Shown piece after piece: positions 36,284 through 48,800 of a DNA stretch of 64,000 bases. A program made the translations under genes and the position numbers. Origin of the DNA: Bilabrum cf. latius (Eukaryota). Position 1 is the first letter of the stretch; every line of letters begins with the position of its first letter. Location of the stretch: contig OZ237748.1 in assembly GCA_965178125.1 (NCBI GenBank), positions 992,001 to 1,056,000 on the forward strand, read 5' to 3'. The notes beneath the pieces are model-generated. The model had not been told where the DNA came from. It did no database searches and worked only from the letters and a program-made list of their open reading frames with translations.

Positions 36284-37932
36284 CATTGAGGATATGATTG
36301 CTGCTGTACATGAAGACAGCAGCGATCGAGTCAGAGAGAATATCGCCAGAGGTGGCCATCCGGACGTTGTAACTGCAGTGAGGCATGTCGCTGCGTTCTC
36401 GGTGGTCCGTCATTCATGCTTGCACTGCATGGTTGCATTTCTGTTTGTAGGGTTTTTCGCCTAGATTAATTACCGGCAAGCTGCAGCATCCGACAGAAAT
36501 CGCGTTGTCTGCGGCTCATGTTGCTGCAAAGGAGGGCAAGCCAAAAGCCCTCGCCGCGCTGCTCGAGTGCGGGGCCGACCCCAACCCAATCTCCACGGTG
36601 AGAACGACCAATGGCAGGTTTTGAAGCCGCGGGCATCGAGCTGCGTGCGAAAGAGCGAGGCTAACCTGCTGTACGAGCGATGTCCGCTCAAGCCATCCTC
36701 GCGCCGCGCCCACCACGCCCTGACTGCACTGACGCTGTCATCTCCACACCCCACCCACACAACCGTTCGCACAGCTCGAGTTCACCCCGCTCCACTTCGC
36801 CGCCATGCGAAGAGAGGATGGGGCTGAACTGGCTCGAATCCTCCTGCGCGGAGGGGCCCGCGTGAATCCCTGGCCTGACATGGTGAGCAGCCGCAGTGCT
36901 GCTCTGCGGCCCGTCGCAATGCAACGCTGCATTCCACCGCGGAATCGAGCAGGAATGACGTAGTTGCATCGCTAGCAACCAGGACGTATGATGCAACTGA
37001 GGCAAACGGCCATGTCATTGTGCAGTTCGCATCTTTTGCATGGCCCTCTTGCATGGATCCGCAGCTCAAGTTTAGTCCCCTCCATGCCGCTGCGAGGGCA
37101 GGGGCTGCAGACGTCGCCAGAGTGCTGATTAGGGCGGGCGCCGAGGTCAATGCCTGCACAAAAGTGAGAGGCGCTGCATTGTAACTCGAGTTGGCATTTA
37201 CGAGTCTAGCAGCGTATGGCAAGCGGTTCAAGCTGTGCTATGTGTTGTGCTCCGCTCGCAATCGTTGCATTGATGACCCCATGAGCCAAGCAGAGTATAT
37301 GATTGCGATATAGGGAATCCCGTCGTAGTAGTATATCGGTTAGATATCGCTTTCGTTAAAGGAGTCACTGTTTCACAGTCTGGAAAAACTCCACTGCACA
37401 TGGCGGCCAAGCAGAAGGATCCTGCTTGCGCATTTGTGCTGCTGCAGGCAGGGGCCAACCGGCAGGCGGTGCACGGAGTGAGGCACTTGCGCGATCAGAG
37501 CACAAGCACACTGCTTTGCTGCAGATGCATACGGTCTTATTGATTCTGTCTGCATATTCCCTCCTTGTTCACACGACTTAATTTCGCAAGCAGAGAAGGG
37601 AACGAACCCCGGAGGAGAGAGCAGAGCACTTCGGGTATCATGTCACAGCGAGGTGTATCCGGCAGTTCAACCATAGGAATAGATACTTGATTCGATGGAG
37701 AAGGGCGGTGGAGGCCAATCAGGACGCTGGGAGGGTGTTTCATGCAGCCGCCGAGGGCAGGCCCATGGAGTTGGCTAAGCGATTAAGGCTGGACAAGCTG
37801 GCTGGCGGGCTGCAGATGAAGGGTACTGTATTGCTTCCGGATGGGAGCACCAGGTAGGTCATCCCGCTGGAAGCAGCCAGGCTGTGCGGGCATGTTGAGT
37901 GCGTAAAGCTTCTGGAAGTTGATAGCTACTAA
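36284..37932 (+). CDS. Multi-exon ankyrin-repeat protein with RLRL(G/D)KL module (5' end uncertain)
   Basis: Exons flanked by CAG/GTGAG encode SAAHVAAKEG...GADPN, FTPLHFAA, FSPLHAAARAG and GKTPLHMAA. Last exon WRRAVEANQDAGRVFHAAAEGRPMELAKRLRLDKLAGGL; TAG at 37855; ends TAA 37930-37932. Confidence 0.75.
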
Positions 37933-38776
37933 GTTAGTCCTGTGGGTCCTGCAATATGCCAGGCAACGATACGTGTTGGGGAGGCCGATGAGATCTCTGA
38001 GATCCAGGGGATTGGAGTCGCCCGCTGGCAGAACCTCTTGGAGGTGGTGGATCAAATCCGGATGTGACGCAGCAAAGCGATGGAATGAGCGGTCAGGGAT
38101 GCCAGTCCAGCGGGGTGCGAGAAGCAGCGGCGGTTATGATAGTGGAGCGAAGGTCACAGGCGGAGGAGGGAGGGGATCTATCACTGCCAGTGCGGGGAGG
38201 GGTGATGGTACCAGGTGGTACACACCATGTGGGTGTATCTGTCCATGGTGCTCACCGATCACAGATCGAAGCCGTGCATCGGCAACGGGACTTCTGCTGA
38301 GGATGGATTCATATCCGATCTACAGATCCCTTCAGTTGCACTGCAATGTGATGGCAACCACTGCAGCACATGTCCTGCGGGAGGAGCAGCGGCAATCAAG
38401 GGGTGGAATGCCTGCAAAACGTACTTTTGTGCACTTGGTACACTATCCCTGATGTGGAATGTGGAGTAGCGTGTATGGAATGTGTTGCGTGAAGTATCCA
38501 GGATTTTGTTTGCGTACCCAACTTGGGTATGGCCAGTGCGTGGTGTACCGCGACTTGGCTATCCGTGGCTATCCTTGTACATTTTGGATGCTTGGCGGAA
38601 ACGTCAGCTAGCTCTATCGTAGCAATGCACTGCAATTTTGATCCGCGCAGCCGGCACTTTGGGCATGACACTTCCGGTATTCAGGTTGGTGGCTGGAGAT
38701 TGCCGAGTGCCGAGTCGCAATGCGACAGCAGCAGAAGCCCGATCCAGCCCCAGCTAGTGCACAGGACTAGCCTGTC

Positions 38777-41700
38777 TCAAGCACTGTTGGCTTGCGCTGG
38801 CACGGTGCTTGATGCCTGCGCCTCGCCAGCCTGCCTTTCAGCGTACGCTCCTGCACCTTGGGAGGCCCCTGCTGTTTGGACAGGTGACTCGCTCTTGGGT
38901 GCCGCCGCAGGTCCGCAGCACAGGAAGTACGCCGCAGTACTACCCCCGCCCAGAACGAGTCCCACCACGGCTCCGATGATGATGCCCACGACCATGCTCC
39001 CGTCGTCGTCTTCGGCGCAATTTCCGCTGCCGTCCGGGTTGTTGCCATCGAGTGGACTGTCATCTGTCGCCGGGTCGTTCGACCCACTACCGGGGTTCGG
39101 ATTGGAGCTCGGTTGGACCCCGATCGTGGGTTGCATGCTCGAGCCGACGCACGCATCGATGGCCACGCCCGAGTCCACGTTGGAGCCCATGTACTGGGTT
39201 GTAAGCTGGAAGCCCTCTTGCAGGGTCAGAGTGCCGAGCGACGGAAAGTTGATGCTGGTCCCTTCAGTGGCAGCATCAACGACCTGGTCCAGGTCGAAGT
39301 CGATGTCACCCACGTTGATGACAGCGGAAACAGCCCCAGCCTCCATGCCGACAGTGGCATCAGAGCATGAATCAGCAGTAATGGTCTGTGCACGCCTGTC
39401 CGCGCTGCTGCCCTGTGCAGGCTCGGCCCAGCTGTCCAGTGCCGGGGCCAAGTCAGTCGTGCCCTCAACTTTCACGGAGAACTCAACACCAGCGAAAATC
39501 TCAACGGGAATGAGGCCGTACAGGTCGATGGTCAGCTTGGGACCGACAGCAACGGTCGTTCGGCCTCCGACGATGGACACGGACTCATCCTGAGTGACCA
39601 CAGCCAAGGGGCGAAACGCGATTGACCAGTCTGCGCTCGCGATCGGCGATCCAGGGTCGACATCATCGTTCAGATCTGGGCATTCGAGTTCATGATCATC
39701 TCCTGACGCGGTCTCGCAGCCCGCGTTGGCGAAACAGTAATCCGACCCGAAAGTGGGATTGTAGCATCTCGACACGCAGTAGCAACCGTCTCCGTCCGTC
39801 TTCCCGTTTCTGTACGTGAAGCCTAGCTCTGCCTGGGCGGTGGCAGTGGCACCAACCTTGAGCTTGGTAGCTGTTGCGAACCGGTTCACACCTCTAGCGG
39901 CAAGTGCCACGTCACTGCCGATGACGACAGGGAAGGGACCCACGGTAAGACGAACGTTCGGTAGCGATATAGGGGCAGAAAGCTCCGTGACGTCACTTTC
40001 CGGGACGACGCTAGTCATGTCAGCAACGAGGTCCGCCTTCACTGTGGCATCGCCCACCACCTTGACATCCAGTCTCGTCACACCGAGGCGGGGGGAATCG
40101 GTCCCGGGAGGTCTGGCATACCCGGCGAAAGAGAACTCGAGGCTAGCATCGAACTTGGCGTAGCTGCGGTGAGTCAAAGAGGCAGGTATAGGAACTAGTA
40201 GGCCACTGGTATCAAGGGCATGAAACGTGTCACAGCAGTCTCCAGATTGTAGGCTAGTAGGGGGGCTGTGGGGCCGTGCAAGCGGCCATGTGCGCACGCA
40301 ACAGGAGACAATCAATGACGAGACCAGCGCACACGGATGCAAAAACTCACGATTCCTCGAAGTAGATGGTGTCCTCCACGAGGTCTAGCTGGGCCGTAAC
40401 GGCGCTGTCAGTGGTAGAATCGTAGTTGAAGCCCCAGCTGAACGCGTCCACGTCGCAGCCGTAGTTAAGCGTGGCGAAGTTCTCCGGCAGGATGGCCCCA
40501 ACCTCCTCACGGCTGCAAGAAAGCTCCTGTGCACGTCGAGCCTCCGGGCTCGAAGCTGTGCTGTGGTCTGGGCTGATGTGAACATCCATGTCAAAGGCTT
40601 CCGCTGCCATGTGAGGGGGGACCTGCTGAGCTCTGAGCCGAGTCACCCACAGCGTTGCTCCGGTCCTGTCGGTCACCTGCTCCGGGACCGTGCTCGATGT
40701 GATCATCACGGTCTGGCCAACTCCGAGTCCATCATTGGCAGCACCGGTCTCTTCTGCTGCTCCGCCGGAAACATCTCCGAACAGGGGGGTCACTTCGTCG
40801 GCTCCTGCACCCTTACGCACCGCGCAGGACCAGCCCTCCTCCAGCGTGAGTGCCTGCCCGGGCTCAAGCACCATCGGGACGACGGAGAAGATCTGCATGT
40901 CGCTGGACCCATGATTGGGACATTGCACGCGCACTACTTCGGGGCGATCCTCCAGCACGACGGTGGAGTTGAGCAGCACTGCATGGTACTTGATCTTGGA
41001 CTTGCCGATGCCCGGGGCATGCACCTCTGACACATGCAGGTACCGCCCTCCGTGGCGCCCACCCGATTCCTTGGCAGTCTCGATGGGTGTCGTGCGGCGA
41101 CCGATGACCATGAGTCCTGTGTGCGCTGTCGGCTGGAAGTCTCGTGCGAGAAATTCCATGGGCGCGAGGCGGCGAGAGCTGTCTGCTTGGTGACCGGCCC
41201 TTCCTGAACCGGACGATTCGCTGCGCAGATGTCTTGGAAGTTCTCCTTTAGAGCTGCTCGAATGCACTTGAATGGCTTGGTCTAGCTCCTGAGCGTGCAC
41301 ATCGCTTAGGACCCGCCTGTGGTCGACAGCTGTGGAAGCGTGCACGGTCTGAATCGTCGCCCCGTGCTGCGACGCGAAATTCCGCGCGGCCTGAAGGTTC
41401 TGTACCAGATTACACTTCTCTGATTTTCCACACAAGTGTAGAATGGCATGGCTCTGGCCAATTGACCGACAATCGGATGCCTACGGAAATGATCGGATCA
41501 AAACAACAATAGCTAGCTTGCAGAGAAGCGGGCCTGATATGCTCCAATATTGCGTCTAGTAGATCGCAGCAGTGCACATTCATGATAAATAACATATCTT
41601 ACTCCGGGGATGGCAGCTAGAAGCGCCTCGCAGCCGGGTAGGGCTCCTTCAGGCAGCGAGACAGCCACGCCGACCTGTTCGTGGGAATGCAAGTCCCACT

Positions 41701-41803
41701 TGGAGTACATCTGAGATACCTTGGCTTCTGTGAGGGCTTCCGGTGAACACTTGACTAGATTCAGCGAGCATCCCAGCAGCACAATGGAGGCAATCGCGCG
41801 CAT
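38777..41803 (-). CDS. Uncharacterised type-I membrane / cell-surface protein (about 3 exons)
   Basis: Signal peptide MRAIASIVLLGCSLNLVKC; long ORFs 40347-41435 and 38777-40342; Cys cluster CYCVSRCYNPTFGSDYC...C; Pro/Asn/Gly linker; TM segment MVVGIIIGAVVGLVLGGGSTAAYFLCC; ends TGA. Confidence 0.7.
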
Positions 41804-42369
41804 CGCTTTGCCCTGCAATTCTAAGAGTGCGAGTGTGGGCAAATTCCGAAACTCGAATTGTTGTCGTAGTCGTCACACCTGCATCGTAATTCCGCCGGCT
41901 GAATTCGAATTATTGCAATCCGCTAAACTCGTTTTGGGTTAGGACTTGGGTATTCCAATGAGCGTAACTCAGTCGAGGCTTTATACTGAAGCACCAACCA
42001 GCGCGTGTTACACTCGCTGGGCGGCGCCCCAATGCCAGGCCTGCCCACTGCCACTGCCAGGGCACCATCTTCTTGACATCCAGTGGACCCGTCCGCTCAG
42101 CTTCAACCAGCGTATTGATCTATAATCTTATTGGTTAATTGCGTAATTCATGGTCGACAACATAGTTTCCTGACGGTGCCCACCCTTCATTGTATTATAC
42201 TTGTTGGTGGGGCCAGCAAGGTCTCTGAGATTGAGGTCGCGCGGTGGGCGCAGGACCCGCTCGAGGTGTAAGCCCGATTGGAACAGTACGTGTCGCCATG
42301 GCACCTCCTGTACGATGCAGCGAGACTCATCCGGCTCTTCAGCCCTAACATGCATCACCTGGTAGACTA

Positions 42370-42590
42370 ATGGAGGAGGGCAGTGGAGAGGCCACGAGGA
42401 ATGATGGGTTGGTGTTCCAGGCAGCAAGCAAGGGCAGGCCCATGGAGCTGGCAAGGAGGCTGAGGCTGGGCAAGCTGGCAGGCGGGCTGGAGATGGAGGG
42501 CGAGGTAAAGCACGAGTCGGGCGGCACCAGGGTGGCGAGTCACGTACGATTACATGAAGCTGCTGGAAAAGGCCATGGAGGGCTAAGCTC
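42370..42590 (+). pseudogene. Isolated, degenerate fragment of the RLRLGKL module exon
   Basis: LVFQAASKGRPMELARRLRLGKLAGGLEMEGEV with indels on both sides and no adjoining ankyrin exons. Confidence 0.65.
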
Positions 42591-43057
42591 AAAGTGGAGT
42601 ACTAAATTGTCAAATGTTCTGTACCTTTTATAATTATAATATTGCACTGGAACTTCATTATGGACGCCATCTTGCTCGCGATTGACCTCGCCTTGGTATT
42701 CACGAGGGCCCGTCATTCAATTGGGACCCGCTACAATTCACACAACATGATAGCCACTGGACACGTAGTATCGACCCACTGTGATTTTGAATCGCACGCA
42801 TGTTGCAAAAGATAGTGCAGCTACAGGTGCAGGGCACTGGGGCACTGTCATCACCGTGAAGCTGACCCGGCCTTGACTAGGTCCATCTATCGAGCAGCGG
42901 ACACCACGAACGCAGTAGGCTGTTAAAGTATTTAAGCATGAGGTGTGCACTGTCTGGATTGTGATGCTTCCTTGTTCGCGATCATGTGCTCCCAGCCGTC
43001 ACCAGTTCTTCTGTTCTCAGTTAGTCACCCCCGGCTCCACGTCCAAGCTTTCGCAGT

Positions 43058-44824
43058 AAAGCAGATATTTTCGCAGCAGCTCGTAAAAGCGATATCGGCA
43101 AGATCAAACGGCTAGCAGATGAAGGAGCTGATTTGAACTGCTCCACCGTCGGGGTGGGATACGATGCCATCTTTCGGCTCCGATGCAAGCTGTCTCCTCA
43201 ATTACAACAGGAATATTATAGCGTTGCACCAGTACGCATTCGCAGACACAACATACAGCGCTCCATATTGCAGCAAGAGATGGGAGAGACGCATCTCTCG
43301 AGGCGCTGCTCGAGTGCGGAGCGGACCCGAATGCTCGCACCACAATTTAGGCTGTGCGTACGAGAGCAATACTGGCAGCTGGCAGCGGCAAGACTCTCAG
43401 AATGCATCCAATTAATTCAACCACGATGCAACCTTCTTGGTGCCCTGTCGTATCCCCGCAGGATAATTGGACCCCTCTTCACTACGCAGCTTAGCGAGAA
43501 AGTGGCGCAAAGGCGGTGCGGTTGCTGCTTGAGGCAGGGGCGGACGCAGAGCCAGCTGTCCTCGTTCGGGTGAGTTGATACATAAACACGACTGCTTCGT
43601 GTTTGCCCACGCGGTGCCGTGGATCCGAGTGCCACGCACGGGCCCGTGACCGTGCTGTGTTGCCCTACCACAGCTAGATTAAATCGCTGGTTATTTGCGC
43701 TGCGTGGGCCATGCGATTGAACCTCACTCTCACTCTCACCCTAACCCTCACCCATCATGCCTCTCTGGAGTGCACCAGGACGCAAGATCCGTCCTAAGTT
43801 TCTTGTAGTGGCCCCCCGTATGCTGAACTTTTCGCAGTTCTACAACAGCCCGCTGCACCTGGCCGCCCGATCCGGGGCCTTGGACAGCGTGAAGCTGCTA
43901 GTGGAGGCTGGCGCAGACGTTTGCGGCAGGAACCTAGTGAGTAAATGTCGAGAACATGTCCGCGCACGGCTGGTATGCTGGTGCGGCATGATATAGTGGG
44001 GTTGTTGCAGTTCCGGCTGTAACCATCGGGCGATTGGGAGCCGAGAACTACCACCACAACTTCGGAACCTGCTCGTTTTCTTTGGTATGGTACCAATTCA
44101 CTCGTCACATATCGATCCTCAACCCCCCCCCCCCCCCCCCCCCTCAACAGTCGGAAGAGACCCCCCTCCACGAGGCTGCCACCAGGCCAGACCCAGCCTT
44201 CGTGCGAGAGCTGCTGTGGGCGGGGGCAGACAAGCATGCTCTCGACGTTGTGAGGTGCAGCGCATTGCAGTATTGATGTGTGTCTATGTAGAAGAGCAAG
44301 GTCCTTAGCATATCGAAGTATGTGTTCCCGCCACCTGGCCCCCCCTACTCCAGGCTGGGAACAGCGCCATGCTCCTGGCGGTGTCACAGGGCCACTATGC
44401 GACGGCTGCTTGCATTCGGGACTTCCATCCGATCGTGCCACACATTATTCGATGGAGGCATGCAGTGGAGGCCAAGAGGGACGCTGGGATGATCTTCCGC
44501 GCTGCAGCTGAGGGCAGGCCCATGGAGCTGGCCAGGAGGCTGAGGCTGGGCAAGCTGGCAGGTGGGTTGGAAATCAAGGGCGACCTGGACGACGGGGAGG
44601 GTGGAACCACAGTGGTGGGTCCACTGGAGGCGGCTCGGTTAGGAGGACATGACGAGTGCGTGGAGCTATTGGAGGAGGCAGCCGTGGACGAGCACGATAG
44701 GCGAGCCAGAGCAATCGCGGCCAACAAGAAGAAGCGGCCACAGAGAAAGAAAATCCCGCATCCGGATCAGTTTCCAAATACTGTGATATACCCTGGCTAG
44801 GGTGCTGGGTGCGAACTCAGCTAA
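43058..44824 (+). CDS. Multi-exon ankyrin-repeat protein with RLRLGKL module (first exon not located)
   Basis: Exons encode DIFAAARKSD, HTALHIAARDG...GADPN, WTPLHYAA[TAG 43492], NSPLHLAARSG and ETPLHEAA. Last exon WRHAVEAKRDAGMIFRAAAEGRPMELARRLRLGKLAGGL; reads through TAG 44798 to TAA 44822-44824. Confidence 0.75.
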
Positions 44825-45182
44825 GAGCGGGTATCGATGCAAAGGACAGTGAGAGCTGCCGCTAGAATCTGGGCTGCAAATCGGAGGCCGAGATCCATTT
44901 GCAGCCCTACCAAAGGCACAATCTATTTACAAACTTGAATCATTCGCTTGAATCATGCGCACTTTTTTGATCAGATAGTAGGGACGGAACTGCGTCCTGT
45001 CGTGATCGAACGTTCCTTTCGATGTAGCGTGTCGTTTCATCCCGAAAATCTATAATTATGGGCGTTCGGCTGATGAAGATTGATACGTCAACTGCGGCCA
45101 AGCTCCTCATTCCAGCGCAAGATCAATCCTCTGGTCCGCATATACTCTCAATACGTTGTCGTTGAGCAGCCACACGGACTGA

Positions 45183-45692
45183 CTAAGCGTAAGTTATAAG
45201 CACCTGCTTGTATGGTGCGTCGCACCTCCTCGATTCTGGACTCTGACCTCTTAGTTTGGCACTGTATGGCTTGTGGAGCGCACGAGCCTGTATTTGGTTG
45301 CATTTATATGCATCCACTGTGTTGACGAGGTGTGCTATAGCAATGATGCTCTGATAGGTACACCAGCGGGCAGCTACGTCCACGAAGGTCGTTGCTGAAG
45401 GGTCACCGGTCGGCTGTAGGGTCCAGCTCGCGTGGTAGTTCGTCAAAGCGCCATGCTTTGTTTTGAAATATGTGTTTTTAGCTGCATGCCCGGTATATGG
45501 TCCGAATGCAGCCGGTTCACCTGGCTTCCGACCAGCGACAGCTGGTGCTCGCATGGACCGGTTGCCTCCGTGGCCTTGATGGCATGCAGCTTCCCATTGG
45601 TATCCCATGTGAAGCATGAGCGCCGGTTTGTTATAGTTATCCAACGCCGTGTGTGGAGTTGATCCCCCCCTGCGATGTCCATTCCATTCCAT
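45183..45692 (-). pseudogene. Possible divergent SET-domain fragment
   Basis: FGPYTG ... FVDVA ... AHLVNTVD..CN resembles the SET motifs GEYxG, xDA and RFINHSCxPN. No complete gene model. Confidence 0.35.
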
Positions 45693-45867
45693 TCCATGCT
45701 GCTCCGCCCCTCCCTAGCGCCCAGCACCACCGTCTGTCCCACGTCCCACGTGCCTTCTTGCTTCCCCTCTACTACCACGCGCCGCAGTGACCGCCGGCAG
45801 CAGGTAGCAGGGCTGAACCAGCTGCTCCCACCACCGCGATACTCGTCACACACATCCAGCCCCTTCC

Positions 45868-48800
45868 ATGTCGGAGCACGTGTGGTACCGTCACGCGGCC
45901 GACTGCTGGCGGCTGGGGGCGGTGGCACAGCTGAGGGGGGAGGAGATGCAGGTGCGGGATGCGGAGGACGGGAGCGAGACGGTGCTTCCCCTGACGGACC
46001 CCAAGTCGGGGCAGAAGAACACGCACCCCTGCGACCCTTCCCACCTCCAGGACACAGACGATCTAGCGAGGATGAACAACCTGCACGAGGGGCCCCTGCT
46101 GCACCTGCTGAGGAGGAGGTACCTCGAAGACAAGATATACACCTTCACGGGGCACATTTTGATCTCGATTAACCCGTACTTCCTCATCCCCGGGCTGTAC
46201 GTGATCCCGGAAGGAGTCTCCCACGAGACCAGGCTGGCACGGGACGAGGACAGGAAGCCGCACCCCTTCACTGTGGCCCACCAGGCCTACCAGCAGATGA
46301 GGGAGGAGAGCAATCCGGCCAGGAAGAACCAGTCGCTGATCGTATCGGGGGAGTCGGGGGCGGGCAAGACGGAGGCGTGCAAGCGGATCATGCAGTACCT
46401 TGCCCATCTGAGCGAGACATTCTCCAAGCAGGTGGCGAGGAGATCTTCCCTGGCCAGGAAGAGCGGCAGCATCGAGAAGCGGGTGCTGGACTGCAACCCG
46501 TTTCTGGAGGCCTTCGGGAACGCCATGACGGTCCGGAATAACAATTCTTCCAGGTTCGGCAAGTTCCTCAAGATCGAGTACAGCAACGGGGCCATCGTGG
46601 GCGCGACCATGAGGCACTATCTCCTCGAGAAAGCACGGGTGGTGAGTCCACAAGGGGGGGAGAGGAACTACCACTCCTTCTATATCCTGATGCGCGGCGC
46701 CACCGAGGAGGTCAAGCGGAACCTCGGCCTCACCCGACCGGCGGAGGAATTCGCCTACCTGTCCGCCGGTGGTGTGACGAGGATCGACGGGGTGGACGAC
46801 CGGGAGGAATTCGGGATCGTGTGCACTGCACTGCGGAACGTGGGGCTGCCCGACCCCGTGACGGAGATGCTGTGGGCCACCCTTGCGGGGATCGCCCACC
46901 TTGGCGACATTGCCTTCATCGAGACAGGTGACGATGCCGCCCCCAAAGCTGCCGTGTCAGAGGCGGGTAGGGAGGCGACCGCGTGGGCGTCCAAGCTGCT
47001 TGGCCTGCCGGACATCGAGGGCGGCTTGATCTCCAGGAAGGTAAAGGCCCCAGGGCAAGCCGCCGTGGTGGTGCCTCTGTCCCAGCAGCAGGCCAGGGAC
47101 ACGAGGGACGCGCTGGCCAAGAGCCTCTACGACCGGCTGTTCTCGTGGATCATCGGGCGGACCAATGACTGCGTACAGAGCACGGAGGCGTCCAACGCCT
47201 TCATCGGTATCCTGGACATCTTCGGGTTTGAGATCTTCGAGCATAACTCCTTCGAGCAGCTGTGCATCAACTTTGCCAACGAGAAGCTGCAGAACCTGTT
47301 CAACCACCACATCTTCATCATGGAGCAGGAGCAGTACGAGCAGGAGGGTGTCGATGTGGCGGCCATCGAGTTCATCAACAACCAGCCGTGCGTGGATTTG
47401 ATCGAGAAGAAGCCAGTGGGTCTGCTGCCCATGCTGGACGACGTTTGCGTGCAGGCGGTCAAGGGCATGACGGACACCAAGTTCAAGGGGAGGTTGGACC
47501 AGCAGCACCTGGGCAAGAACAAGTACTACGGCGTGCCTAGGAAGAACAAGCAGAAGCAGTTTGTGGTGCACCACTTCGCCGGGGCAGTCACGTATTCCAT
47601 CTCCGGGTTTATCCACAAGAACAAGGACGCGCTGCACTCGGACCTGCAGAGCATGGCGCACTCGTCACAGTCGCAGCTGGTGGCCAGCCTGTTCGATGAG
47701 TCGGGGACCATGGCCACGGAGCTGCTGCTGAGGCATGGGGGGGGCGTGGGTGCCATCGGTGGACTCAAGGGGCGGGTGGGGGAGCTGCAGGGGGGGGGAG
47801 GGGCCGGTGGGGCCGCGGGGGACTCCCCCTCGGAGGGCGGGGCCGATGATGCGGATAGTGTGACGAGTGCGGCCCGGGGGAGGTCGTCGTCCCCGTCGGG
47901 CCGGTCGGTGCGGTCCGGGTCACCATCGGGTGGCCGCAGCGGGTCACCATCGGTTAGTCGCTCCAAGAGCGGGGCGGTGGGTAGGACAAAGAGCGGCAAG
48001 GCAAAGAAGAAGAAGAAGAAAGGACCCCAGACGCAGACGATCGGCGCCAAGTTCAAGCACCAGCTGGGGGATCTGAACGACACGCTGCTTCAGACCTCCC
48101 CCCATTACGTCCGGTGCATCAAGCCTAACTCGCTCAAGGCCAAGCACAACTTCGACAACCGACGGATCTTGGACCAGCTGCTGTACTCCGGTGTCCTCGA
48201 GACGGTCAGGATCAGGCGGCAGGGCTTCCCCTTCAGAGAGACCTTCACGGAGTTCTGGAGGAGGTGCAACGCGGGCTCGGAGAGCGCGGCCATGAAGAGG
48301 GCCAGCGCGGCTTTGGCCAGGCGAAGATCCAGGGCGATGAGTCGGCAACCCAGGGGTGGATCCATGTCGGCGGGGCCCGGGTCACCAGCCCAGTTCAATG
48401 GCGGTGGTGCCTCCAGCGGGGCGGGGGCGGGTGGGGGTGCGGCGGCCGGTGGCTCTCCCAGGTCCCTCTCCTCCCCTGGTCTGTTGGACGAGTTCACCGG
48501 TGTCCTGGGGGAGTCCCCCCCGGGGGTGCCTGCCCACAACCCCAACGTGCCGGGGTCCATGCCTGGGGGCAGGGTCACGGGGTACAAGCTGCTGATCAAA
48601 GAGACCCACGGGATCCCCGCCCCGCCCCCGCCCCTGTATCAAGAGGTCAAGGAGAAGGGCGGCTCCAGGCGCACCATAGACGCAAGCTAGACGGAGGACG
48701 TGATCGAGCTGTCCAAGGGGGGTACAGAGGCAATCTGCCGTGCGCTGATCCCACCGGACCAGTGGGTGATGGGCAAGACGAAGATCTTCATGAAGGACGG

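Noticed and set aside
43724-43753. Telomere-like CTCACT/CCCTAA hexamers
   Set aside because: Only one true CCCTAA in a short degenerate intronic tract.
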